Source: Octopus sinensis (Eukaryota). Taken from it: a DNA stretch of 51,778 nt. Positions 22,520-34,594 of this stretch are shown piece after piece. Under the pieces are notes generated by a model. That model made no database searches. It was not told the origin of the DNA and was given only the letters and a program-made list of their open reading frames with translations. A program made the translations under genes and the position numbers. Numbering within the stretch: the stretch's first letter is position 1; each line of letters starts with the position of its first letter. The DNA lies in assembly GCF_006345805.1 (NCBI RefSeq), contig NW_021835434.1, positions 1 to 51,778 of the forward strand. The letters run 5' to 3'.

Positions 22520-22750
22520 GTGGGGAGGGGGCGGGGCGGGAGGAGGAAGAAGAAGGAGAAGGATAAAGAGAAAGCAGGATAAGGAGGCGGGGCAGTGTCA
22601 ATAAAAGCCTGATCCCCTCTCTCTCTCTCTCTCTCTCTCCACAGGCAGCTATTGTACACCATTGTTGTTCCGCACTGGTTTCTTTCTTTTTTATTTTGCC
22701 ATTTCATTTAACTCAGGGTGTGTATAGTGTGGCTGGGTGGGTGGGTAAGG
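22520..22750 (+). promoter_or_regulatory. Candidate promoter/first-exon island
   Basis: GC boxes GGGGCGGGGCGGG (22528) and GAGGCGGGGC (22584), TATA-like AATAAAAG (about 22600), (CT)n tract, paired Sox-like ATTGT sites, downstream donor GG|GTAAGG. Confidence 0.3.
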
Positions 22751-22842
22751 TGGGTGGAGGCAAAGTGTTTGATAACAGTCAGGGATTCATATGTCAATTA
22801 CCTGAAGGAAAAATTAGCAATTCCTTTGTCTTTTTCCTCTTT

Positions 22843-22875
<33 letters not shown>

Positions 22876-22994
22876 CACCACAATCACCACCACCACCACC
22901 ACCACCACTACTATCATCAACACCCCCATTACTACTACTACTACTACCACCACCACCACCAACAACAACAACAATGATAATGATAACAATAGTG

Positions 22995-23212
22995 ACCCTT
23001 TCTACAATAGGCACAAGGTCTGAAATTTTAGGGGGAAGGAGACAGTCAATTTCATCAGCCTCCTGTGCTCAACTGGTACTTATTTCATCGACCCCTGAGA
23101 GGAGTAAAGACAAAGTTGACCTCAGTGGAATTTGAGCTCAGAACATACAGATGGACAAAATGTCACTAAGTATTTTATCTGGAATGGTAATGTTTCTGCC
23201 AGCTTGCCACCT
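22995..23212 (-). mobile_element. SINE family B
   Basis: CTGGTACTTATTTCATCGACCCC...GGAATTTGAGCTCAGAAC...TTCTGCCAGCTTGCC. Confidence 0.8.
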
Positions 23213-23268
23213 CAATAATAATAATAATGATGATAAAAATAATAATAATAATAATAATAATAATAATC

Positions 23269-23300
<32 letters not shown>

Positions 23301-23331
23301 TATCATAAGGCTAAATAACAATAATAAGTAT

Positions 23332-25205
23332 CACCACTCCTCTTCTGTTTAGCCTTAATACCTCTCTCAAAATTGCTCAATGATGCGCAGTATGGATATA
23401 AAATGTTTGATAAAAATATAAATCATCTCATTTACATGGATGATTTAAAGCTCTTTGCAAAAAATGACCAACAACTCAAGGGCTTACTAGCGATTGTCAA
23501 ACAATTCAGTGATGACATCAGAATGCAATTTGGCCTCAATAAGTGTGCAAAAGCTGCCTTTATCAAAGAAAAAATGACAGAAACATCTAACGTTAACCTT
23601 GACCAGCAGAATGTCATAAAAGAATTAGACCCAGCAGAGAACTATAAGTATCTAGGGGTAATTGAAGGAGAATAAATAAGGCATTCAGAGATGAAGGAAA
23701 GGATGGAGGAGAGAATGTTATCGCAGTAGTAAGAGCAATACTCAAGACAGAGCTGAATGCGAGAGAAACAGGATCAAAGCGATCAATGCATTAGCCATAC
23801 CAGTTGTGACTTACAGTTTCAATATCGTTAACTGGTCAATTACTGAAATATGTAATCTTGACAGAAAAATACGAAAACTGTTGACAATGCATAGAATGCA
23901 CCACCCTAAGGCAGATACAGAACGACTTTATCTGCCAAGAAAAGAGGGAGGCCATGGACTTTTACAACTGGTAATAACAATGAAGATTGCTACAATTGGC
24001 CTAGACACCTACCTGAAAAACTCTGAGGACTGGATGTTAAAACTTGTCTCAAAACATGAAAACAAGAAAGCATCATACTCAGTAACAAAACAGGCAAAGG
24101 AATATCTAAGTGAATTCCGAATACAACAAATTTGGAATTAGAGATAGACATACAAGAAACAGGCACAGAAAAAGCTAAGCGCATGAAAACCCGTGCTAAA
24201 TCTGCGGCATTAGATATTCTGAATGATAAATGGCAAGAAAAACCTCTCTATAGCAAATACCCAAAGAGAGCAAATAATGCAGATGTTGACAAAGCCCTGA
24301 CCCATCAATGGCTAATGGCCTCTGGCTAAAATCTGAAACAGAGGGGTTATCATAGCAGCTCAAGATCAATGCCTACCAACAAGAAACTACCAGGCCAACA
24401 TATTAAAGATCAGAAGCAGTCCAACATATCGTGTATGCCAGCAACAAAATGAAACCAATTGACCATGTGGTCTCCAAGTGCAGTCTTCTAGCGCCTACAG
24501 AGTATCTCAACAGACACAATAGAACTGCACAATATATTCACTGGGTAATCTGCAAAAACCTGGATTTGCCCCATGAAAAAAACTGGTGGGAACACAAACC
24601 ACCCCCAGTGCTTGAAAATGACCACATTCTCACTCCTCTGGAACTTCACCATTCAAACTGACAGAAAGATAGATGCAAATAGGCCAGACATCATTTGAAA
24701 GACTTCAAACAAAGAACATGCCTCCTCATTGATATGACTGTCCCAATCGATATAAACGTACCTGTCAAGACCTACCAAAAACTGAGCAAATATAAAGATC
24801 TTGAAATAGAAATCAGCAAAATGTGGAAGCTGAAGACTAAAACAATACCTGTTGTCATAGGTGCCCGGAATGATAGCAAAAGGGGCTGATAGCTACCTAA
24901 CTCAGATACCAGGAAACCCAAAATGGCAGAATTCAAAAGATAGTGCGCATAGGAACTGCTCATATCCTACGCAAAATATTTCTATGTAATCTCAAGGTTT
25001 AAAACAAACATAATTTTCGGTTTTTAAAAAAAAAATTTTTTTTTTAGACATTCATTAGTACAACACCAAAAACTCCACCCCCCCCAAATATATGGCACAC
25101 TAGGCATAACAACAACATGAACTTCCAACCTGTTGTCTCTTGAGGTCTCTGGGTGAGACTTGGAGCCAACTTGTACAAATATAAAGCAAAAGTCAAACAT
25201 AGAAT
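23332..25205 (+). mobile_element. R4/Dong-clade non-LTR retrotransposon (RT, CCHC knuckle, restriction-like endonuclease), 5'-truncated pseudogene flanked by (AAT)n
   Basis: SPLLFCLALIPLS, HLIYMDDLKLFAK, MQFGLNKC, YKYLGV, C-x2-C..IDHVVSKC knuckle, NRPDI..LIDMTVP..KLSKYKDL; frameshifts and stops. Confidence 0.92.
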
Positions 25206-25213
25206 AATAATAA

Positions 25214-25779
25214 TAATAATAAAATGCCCTGATGCAGTACCAGGCAGTGGCTCTCGTGGCTTCTGATCTAAACTGATTGGAAGTGTTATCATGTACATTG
25301 TTTTGTCTTGCTATAAAAGATGGCCTACAGCAAATATTCTGCTCAATACCACAGATTTGCTTGTCAGTTGTTTGACCTTAACCAGTTGAGCATGTCCCTT
25401 AGTGGCTGACCATATGTGCATCTCTGATCACGAGCAGAAGTAGTGGGGGAGCATCATAGCCATGTGTTGAGAGGGATTCTTTGGGGTTTGAATAATTCAC
25501 CTCTGGAAACATAGGTGTTTCGTTCAACATCCTAAAGCAACCCTTATTCAGGGACGTTTGAGCAGGATGGGCTACTCAACCTGAAGAAAATTCTAACTGG
25601 GCCCCACCTGCAAGGTCATGTGTTGTTTATCTTGATATGAGATCACCATGTCGCGCCACATATGGTTGTGATGCATGTGCCTGGTGTACCTTTATCAGAC
25701 GGGTAGTCATGATGGGTATATTGGGCTTCGTATATTTTACCCCAGTGTCACTTTGATGGCATGAACTGCCCTCTCACTC

Positions 25780-25781
<2 letters not shown>
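25214..25781. mobile_element. About 570-bp non-coding element of unknown class embedded in (AAT)n
   Basis: GC-richer block bracketed on both sides by (AAT)n; no ORF or Pol III boxes recognised. Confidence 0.45.
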
Positions 25782-25820
<39 letters not shown>

Positions 25821-25999
25821 CAACAACAACAATAATAACAACAATAATAATAAAAATAATAACAACAATAATGATAATAACAATAACAACAACAACAACA
25901 ACAACAACAACAATAATAATAATCATCATCATCATCATCATTGTTTAGCGTCCGTTTTCCATGCTAGCATGGGTTGGACGGTTCTAATAATAATAATAA

Positions 26000-26054
<55 letters not shown>

Positions 26055-26111
26055 AATAACAATAATAACAATGACAATAATAATAATAAAAACAATAATA
26101 ATAATAATAAT

Positions 26112-26455
26112 AAAACCTGTTGTTATAGGTGCCCTAGGGATGATAACAAAAGGGGCTGATTCCTACCTACCTCAGATACCAGGAAACCCCAAAATGGCAG
26201 AAATTCAAAAGATAGTGCTCATGGGAACTGCCCATATCCGTCTATATATCTCAAATTTGAAAACAACTTATAACTCTCTTATGTTTTCTTAAATATTCTC
26301 TAGATCAACACTATGTACAAAACCAAATATATGGCACCCTAGGCATAACACCAACATGAAATTTCAACTTGTCTCTTGAGGTCAGTGGGTGAGATTTGGA
26401 GTCGGCTTGTACAAATACAAAGCAAATGTCAAACATAGAATAATAAACTAATAAT
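26112..26455 (+). mobile_element. R4/Dong 3'-end fragment between (AAT)n arrays
   Basis: PVVIGALGMITKGADSYLPQIPGNPKMAEIQKIVLMGTAHI plus a 3' UTR matching 24840-25205. Confidence 0.88.
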
Positions 26456-26520
26456 AATAATAATAATAATAAATAATAATATAATTATAATAATAATAAT
26501 AATAATTATAATAATATAAT

Positions 26521-26563
<43 letters not shown>

Positions 26564-26581
26564 TATAATAATAATAATAAT

Positions 26582-26772
26582 CTTTTCTATGGAAGCACAA
26601 GGCCTCCAATTTGGGGGAAGGGATTAAGTTGATTACATCGACCCCAGTTGCAGATGGTACTTGTTTAATCGACCCCGAAGGATGAAAGGCAAAGTGAACA
26701 ACCTTTGGAATTTGAACTCAGACAAAATACCCCTAAGCATTTTGCCTGGTGTGATAACGTTCTGCCACCTCA
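26582..26772 (-). mobile_element. SINE family B inside an (AAT)n array
   Basis: ATCGACCCCGAAGGATGAAAGGCAAAG...GGAATTTGAACTCAG. Confidence 0.8.
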
Positions 26773-26778
26773 CTGTTC

Positions 26779-26779
<1 letters not shown>

Positions 26780-26828
<49 letters not shown>

Positions 26829-27034
26829 CATGATAATAATAATAATAATAATAATATATAATAATAATGATAGTAATAATGATATAAAATAATAATAATA
26901 ATAATATAATAATAATCATAATAATAAATGAATAATAATAATATATAATAATAATAATAATAATGATAGTAATAATGATAATAATAATAATAATAATAAT
27001 GATAGAAATGATAATAATAATAATAGTAATAATG

Positions 27035-27074
<40 letters not shown>

Positions 27075-27100
27075 TAGTAATAATGATAATATAATACTGT
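26780..27100. repeat. Degenerate (AAT)n/(GAT)n array
   Basis: Direct reading. Confidence 0.95.
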
Positions 27101-27269
27101 ATTATTCATTAGACTCAAGGGATCAAAGTGATATGAAAAATATGAGATTGTCACTAGGGGGTTGCAAAGAAAATAAGATTGCATGGAGTGTAGAAAAATA
27201 ATTATGAGGGGAGGGGCAAAAGACATATACAATAAACAGAAGGATGTATTGAAAATTTGAAAGGTACAT

Positions 27270-27747
27270 GTACACATACATAACATATATGCATAGATAC
27301 ATACTTACCTACACACATACACACACACCTACATATATACATACAGACAGGCAGACAGAGAGACAGATACATACATGCATGCGTACATACATACATACAT
27401 ACATACACACTTGCATACATACATACAGACAGACAGACATACCTGCATACATACATACATACATACATACATACATACATACATGCATACATACATACAT
27501 ACATACATACATACATACATACATACATACATACATACATACATGCATATATACATACATACATACATGCATACATACATTCATACATACATGCATGCAT
27601 GCATACATACATACATACATATATACACACATACATGCATACATACATACGTACATACATACGTACATACATACATACATACATACATACGTACATGCAT
27701 ACATACATACATATATACATACACACTTGCATACATACATACATACA

Positions 27748-27780
<33 letters not shown>

Positions 27781-28130
27781 GCATACATACATACATACAT
27801 ACATACATACATGCATGCATGCATGCATACATACATACATACATACATACGTACATGCATACATACATACATACATATATACATACATACACACTTGCAT
27901 ACATACACACATACATATGAACATACATACACCCACCCACATACATACATACTTACATGCATGCATACATCCATCCATACATACATATGTACATGCATAT
28001 ATGAAAACACACAGAAATACATCCCTGAATATATACATATATACATATATACATACACATACATACACATACATACATACATATATACATATGTGAGTAC
28101 ATACATACATATACACACACACATACACAT
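27270..28130. repeat. (CATA)n compound microsatellite
   Basis: Direct reading; source of the YIHT/CMYV ORFs. Confidence 0.98.
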
Positions 28131-28231
28131 GTTGATATTGAAATTCCAATGAAGGTGGCCTGGATCTAGGTTAGAAACTGGTTCTTTCTCTGTTGGCAAG
28201 AAATCTTGAAATAATAACATACGTACATACC

Positions 28232-28850
28232 CTCTCTCTCTCTCTTTCAGAGAGGCACTGAGCAGCTATACGCACACATACACACGCGGCAGTAACTCCC
28301 GCCTACCGAATTCAATCACAAAGCTTCGGTCGACTCGGGGCTATAGTGGAAGACACCTACCCAAAGTGCCACGCAGTGGGACTGAACCCGAAACCATGTA
28401 GCTAGGAAGCAAGCTCTCTAACCACACAGCCATACCCGCGCTACTCTCTTTCCTCTGTTTTACTTGTTTCAGTCATTTGACTGTGGCCATGCTGGAGCAC
28501 CGCCTTTAGTCAAGCAAATCGACCCTAGGACTTATTCTTTGTAAGCCCAGTACTTATTCTATCGATCTCTTTTGCCGAACCGCTAAGTGACGGGGACGTA
28601 AACACACCAGCATCGGTTGTCAAGCAATGCTAGGGGGACAAACACAGACACACAAACATACACACATATATATACATACATATACGATGGGCTTCTTTCA
28701 GTTTCCATCTACCAAATCCAGTCACAAGGCTTTGGTCAGCCTGAGGCTATAGTAGAAGACACTTGCCCAAGATGCCACACAGTGGGACTGAACCCGGAAC
28801 CATGTAGCTAGGAAGCAAGCTCCCCAACCACACAGCCATACCCGCGCTAC
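28232..28850 (-). mobile_element. Two adjacent SINE-A-type copies sharing an atypical 5' head
   Basis: CATGTAGCTAGGAAGCAAGCTC...CCATACCCGCGCTAC occurs at 28395-28444 and 28801-28850. Confidence 0.85.
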
Positions 28851-28974
28851 ATGCATACATAATATATATCATCCCTTTTAGGTCTTACAAACATCTAAAC
28901 ATGTATAAGGCAGATGTGGCTCTGTGGTAAAAGGTATGCTTCCCAATTATATGGTCTCACTGTGTGACATCTTG

Positions 28975-29090
28975 GAAACAGGCGAAGGTTGGTGACAGGA
29001 AGGGCATCCAGCTTTGGAAAAATCCACCTCAACAAATTCTGTCCAGTCCGTGTGAGCATGGAAAGTGGATTTAAATGATGATGATGATGA
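28975..29090 (+). mobile_element. RTE 3' tail fragment
   Basis: AGGAAGGGCATCCAGC...GCATGGAAAGTGGATTTAAATGATGATG. Confidence 0.7.
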
Positions 29091-29279
29091 TAAGGCTATG
29101 ATTTCAGGGAGATTTGGTTGTTATTTCTGTCAGGTCTAACTACCATATAGAAACTCCCTCTTTGACTCATATGTACATCTATGCATTCTCATGACAGTAG
29201 AAATGAATTTTTAGGATGATTTGACTACTAATACTACCAGGTCTAGTTACCATATAGAATCTCCCCTGTTATCTCATAC

Positions 29280-29405
29280 TATGTACAAAACCAAATATAT
29301 GGCACCCTAGGCATAACACCAACATGAACTTCTAACTTGTTTCTTGAGATCTCTGGGTGAGACTTGGAGTCAGCTTGTACAAATACAAAGCAAATGTCAA
29401 ACATA

Positions 29406-29460
<55 letters not shown>
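29280..29460 (+). mobile_element. R4/Dong 3' UTR fragment followed by (AAT)n
   Basis: CAAAACCAAATATATGGCACCCTAGGC...GTCAAACATAGAATAATAAT. Confidence 0.85.
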
Positions 29461-29461
<1 letters not shown>

Positions 29462-29574
29462 CATTAAACAATAAGGCATAATATGAGGTAGATTTGGCTG
29501 TTGTTTCTGTCATCTCTCTCATTATAATCTTCTTCATTAGTTCATATATTCATGTATATGACAGCAAGATGTGT

Positions 29575-29890
29575 TTTGAGGAATATTAGACTGTTATTTC
29601 TGTCATCTCCCTCCATACCTCATACATACATACATGTATAAGAGAACAGATTGTATTTTGAGGGATATTTGGCTGTTATTTCTTGTATCTCCCTCCATAG
29701 CTCATACATGTATAAGAGAACAGGATGTATTTTGAGGGGTATTTGGTTGTTATTTCTTGCATCTCTCTCCATAGCTCATAAATACATGTATAAGAGAATA
29801 GGATGTATTTTGAGGGATATTTGGCTGCTATTTCTTTCATCTCCCTCCATACCTCATACATGCGTGTATAAGGATGTATTTTGAGGGATG
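29575..29890. repeat. Minisatellite of about 71-78-bp units, about five copies
   Basis: TGTATTTTGAGGG at 29652, 29726, 29804 and 29875. Confidence 0.9.
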
Positions 29891-30214
29891 TTACACTGCT
29901 CTTAATAACTAATCAAACGACCATACATTAACTCCTTAATTGGCTGGTTTTACTAAATCAGTAGATTTATTTATTTTAATCCAGGACAACAGATAGAAAT
30001 ACAAAAAATACATAAAAAAAGACCCGACATATTTGACAAGTTTTTAGCATAAAAATTATCTGGGATTCCTGCTCATAACATCTTTCCAATACTCCAGTCA
30101 CCAAATGGACATCATATGATCTCTTGAGTAGTCTTAATTGCTTAATCTTACTGGCAATATCTCTACAGGATGATACTCTGTAAACTTGCAAAAGAACTAA
30201 TGAAATATCCTTTC

Positions 30215-30219
30215 TTTTG

Positions 30220-30284
<65 letters not shown>

Positions 30285-30440
30285 TTCCTTTCTTTCTAAC
30301 GTTCTTTCTTTCATTCGTTCGTGCGTTCCTTCTTTCCTTCCTTTCTTCTTTCCTTTCTTTCTTCCATTCATTCTTTCTTTCTTTCTTTCTTTCATCTCCT
30401 CCTCCTCCTCCTCCTCCTCCTCTGTCTTCTTCTTCTTCCT
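30215..30440. repeat. (TTTC)n/(TCC)n/(TTC)n polypyrimidine tract
   Basis: Direct reading. Confidence 0.95.
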
Positions 30441-30879
30441 CCACTTCTTGTCCTTCTTCTTCACCACCATCACCATTATTTTGGGTTTTTGACACATCTG
30501 TGATTACAAAGAAACATATTACATAATTGAACCTAAAAGCGAGAGAGAGAGAGAGAGAGAGAGAGAGGGGAGAGAGAGAGAGAGAGAGCTTCTTGTGTTA
30601 ATGATTTAGTCATGGGAAGTGATGGTCATGACCTTTGTACCCCTCGCCCCTCCCCCTCCATTATTTCCCAAACTTGCATGGGTTTCTTGGTGTCAATGAC
30701 CAGTGCAATATAAACGTCTCCAGACTGATGGACGGAAGAACAAAGAACAGTCTATTGCTTTGAACTTGACCATTTGCAACAGAATGACTATAAAGACAAA
30801 CATGGTGGTGTTAAGCTGGGAGACGTTCTTGGTCTACCACTGAAAGGTTGATGCTTGGGGCTAAAATATCCTTCTATAA

Positions 30880-31045
30880 AGCACTGGTGTGGCGGCTGTG
30901 TGGTAAGAAGTTCACTTCATGTCGGCATCGTTTCAAGTTCAGTCCCCCTGCACGGTACCTATATGTCTTCCACTATAGCCTTTGGCTGACCAAAGCCTTG
31001 CAAGTGAATTTGGCAGATGGAAACTTAAAGAAGATTACTGTATAT
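30880..31045 (+). mobile_element. Diverged SINE family A, 5' half
   Basis: GGCTGTGTGGTAAG...ACTATAGCC...ACCAAAGCCTTG...GGAAACTTAAAGAAG. Confidence 0.7.
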
Positions 31046-31065
31046 ATATATATATCTCTTTTACT

Positions 31066-31459
31066 CTTTTACTGTTCAGTCATTGGACTGCGGCCATGCT
31101 GGTGAGCACCGCCTTTAGTCGAGCAAATCGACCCCGGGAACTTATCTTTGTAAGCCCAGTACTATTCTATTGGCCTCTTTTGCCGAGCCGCTAAGTGATG
31201 GGGACGTAAATACACCAGCATCGGTTTGTCAAGCAATGCTAGGGGGACAAAACACAGGGACAACAAACACACACATAATATATATATACATATATACGAC
31301 AAGGGCTTCTTTCAGTTTCCGTTCTACCAATCCACTGCACAAGGCATTGTCGGCACGGGGGCTATAGCAGAAGACACTTGCCCAAGATGCCACGCAGTGG
31401 GACTGAACCCGGAACCATGTGGTTGGTTAGCAAGCTACTTACCACACAGCCACTCCTGC
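31066..31459 (-). mobile_element. SINE family A, full length
   Basis: Tail CTCTTTTACTCTTTTACTG through head TTACCACACAGCCACTCC. Confidence 0.9.
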
Positions 31460-31498
31460 ATTATATAATATACACATACATACATACATACATATATA

Positions 31499-31534
<36 letters not shown>

Positions 31535-32040
31535 TGTATACCTACTTTATTAAAAAGCAGCAAAAATATCACAAAAACTGTTACTCAGAGTGTCACATTT
31601 CCCCGTGACTATATATATATATATAGTATTGATTCCATAGTATGGCTTCTTGGGCAAGCACATTTAACATTTACCGTCTCTGGTTGACCCAGGCTTTGTG
31701 AGTACTCAGTAACCTAAGGTGTATAGCTCTAAGAGTGGGAAATATGAGAGGGGGGTAATGACAACAAAAAAGGCTAGAAATGGGGTGGATGAGAGAGAAG
31801 GTGGGGTGTGGAAGTGTAAGTGCAAGGGAACAATCACTAACCTGGGACAGGTGGACTGAGGAAGGGGAAAAGGAGAGAAGGTTGAAGAAAGAAAAGGAAG
31901 AAGAGCAGAAGAAGAAGAAGAGGAGGAGAAGAAAGGGAGAAGAAGAAAGAGAAGAAAGAAGAAAGAGAGAAGAGGAGGGAGGAGGAGGAGAAGAAGAAGA
32001 AGAAGAAGAAGAAGGAAGAAGAAGAAGAGGAGGAATAGGA

Positions 32041-32118
<78 letters not shown>

Positions 32119-32298
32119 AAGAAGAAATGAAAGAACAAGAGAGAGAGAGAGAGAGAGTCTGATAGAGAAAAAAGGCAGGGAGATTTGGATGTGGGTGAGT
32201 AGGGGAGTGATTGGTAATAATGGAGGTGAACAAAATTAAGAATAAATGATGAGATAAAAGACAAGAACAGGTAATTGGAAAGCATGGAAGGTGGATCA

Positions 32299-32967
32299 GA
32301 GGAGTGAGTGTGAGGTTCGTAGGTATAACAGGGTGGATCTAGAGTATATTGGGGAGGCAGGTGAAGGTGGCCCAATGCGGCCCCATGTGGGTTCAGAGAA
32401 AGATGAAAGTGTGGTGGATGGAGTGAAGTGATGTGGGATGCTGCAGATAGCACAGAAGGAGGCTCAGAGGAGTGAGTGTGCTGGTTATAGGTACAACAGG
32501 GTGGGTCTAGAGTATATTGGGGAGGCAGGTGAAGGTGGCTCAATGCGGCCCCATGTGGGTTTAGAGAAAGATGAAAGTGTGGTGGATGGAGTGAAGTGAT
32601 GTGGGATGCTGCAGATAGCACAGAAGGAGGCCCAGAGGAGTGAGTGTGCTGGTTATAGTTATAGGTACAACAGGGTGGATCTAGAGTATATGGGGAGGCA
32701 GGTGAAGGTGGCCCAATGCAGCCCCATTTGGGTTTAGAGAAAGATGAAAGTGTGGTGGATGGAGTGAAGTGATGTGGGATGCTGCAGATAGCACAGAAGG
32801 AGGCCCAGAGGAGGTGAGTGTGCTGGTTATAGGTACAACAGGGTGGATCTAGAGTATATTGGGGAGGCAGGTGAAGGTGGCCCAATGCGGCCCCATTTGG
32901 GTTTAGAGAAAGATGAAAGTGTGGTGGATGGAGTGAAGTGATGTGGATGCTGCAGATAGCACAGAAG
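32299..32967. repeat. Tandem repeat, four copies of about 168 bp
   Basis: GGATCTAGAGTATA anchor at 32335, 32503, 32677 and 32845 (spacings 168/174/168). Confidence 0.92.
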
Positions 32968-33544
32968 GTGAAGAGATGAAAGAGTGAAAAAGAGATGAGA
33001 GTCCGAAAGACAAATGAACGATTGGTAGATGAGAGAATGCAAGGTGAAGGAGCAACAAAAGCATCCCCACATCTTCTAGATGCCAGCTTTTCTGTCAGGA
33101 TATGTTTTACTAAGGATGGCTGAGTCTTCCTCATCCTTGTGTATTGCCAATTGGTGTAGTTCTTTGTCATCTTCTCCTCTCTGAGATGCAGAATCTCCAG
33201 TTCACCTTCGCCTCTTTGTTTCAAATCTTCCATAGTTTCTCTTCTTCTGCCAGTTCCACCAACTTGGAGTACACAGTGCTTCCTTACGCAGCAGTCATCT
33301 TCCAAATGCATCCCGTTTCCATAAGCAGTGCAGAAGCCTCCTCCCCCCCACCCTTGTATGCTATACCTGATTCCTCCCAGACTTTCTCGCGGGCCATTTG
33401 CAGTCTAGTGTTCATGTTCCCTTATATCACACATCCATCGGAAAATTGTAGTTTTTTTTATTTATTTCTTGTCTTTGTAAGTTCTCTGCATTCAAAGTGC
33501 AAACATTGCGACTGTGCAGCATGGCAGTTGTGACATTCACAAAC

Positions 33545-33582
33545 ATATTTTCATACACACACACATACATACATACACACAT

Positions 33583-33613
<31 letters not shown>

Positions 33614-33728
33614 TACACACATACACACATACATACATACACACATATATGCTTACACACATATATATATATTTTCATACACACACACATACATACACAC
33701 ATACATGCATACATAAATACATACACAC

Positions 33729-33759
<31 letters not shown>

Positions 33760-33985
33760 CACATACATACATACACACATACATACATACACACACTCAC
33801 ACATACATACATACATAATACATACATACTCACATACAGACATACAGACATACATACAGACATACAGACATACATACATACACACACATACACACATACA
33901 CATTCACGCACACACACACATATGTATATATACATTCATGCATATATACATATGTGTGCGTGTGTGCACACGCGCATGTGTGTGT
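33545..33985. repeat. (CA)n/(CATA)n compound microsatellite
   Basis: Direct reading. Confidence 0.95.
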
Positions 33986-34594
33986 GTTTTAACCTTGTAC
34001 AATCTGTTGAATAATGCAAACTGTTTTAAAATCCACAGATTTTGCGTCAGGGATAAGTTGCAAACCAAAATATTCTTTAAATTTCTTAATTTTGTTTATA
34101 TCTTCCTTTTCTTTTATTTTCCTTTTTTTTTTAAAGTTTTAGTACTTCAACAAAAGAAATAAGTAGCACCAAGTTTGGGCTAATAATAAAACAACAAAAA
34201 AGAGTTAAAAAAAAAAGAGTAAAATTACTAACTTCCATGCCAAAGTATACATTCTCAGAATTAGAGTCTTGTACAGTCAGAATGAAAAAGAAAAAAAAAA
34301 TAATAATAATTCATAGACGAGAAAGTGGCAGTGGTGGGGCGGTGGGGGGGGGGAGGAGGAGGAGAGAAAAGGACAAAAGATAAAGAAAACAAAAAGATGA
34401 AAAAAGAAGAAACACAAACCCCCCCCCCCTCAGAATGCAACAACAAAAACAAGAAACGTAACACTTGAAGAATATGACTCATGTCTCTATTGAAATAGAA
34501 TCACATATGTTATTCAAGAATCAGAAATCAAAGGTCAACTGCATTAGACAATTTCTGCTGAAGCCTTCTATTGTAGCTTTGGTGTTAGGGGCGT

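Noticed and set aside
25214-25275. HDV-like ribozyme at the start of the orphan element (GGCTCTCGTGGC resembles HDV L3)
   Set aside because: I could not build P3, P1 or P2 pairings by eye.
27202-28220. Long CMYV/YIHT ORFs, also at 33427-34162 and 45403-46117
   Set aside because: Translations of (CATA)n microsatellites.
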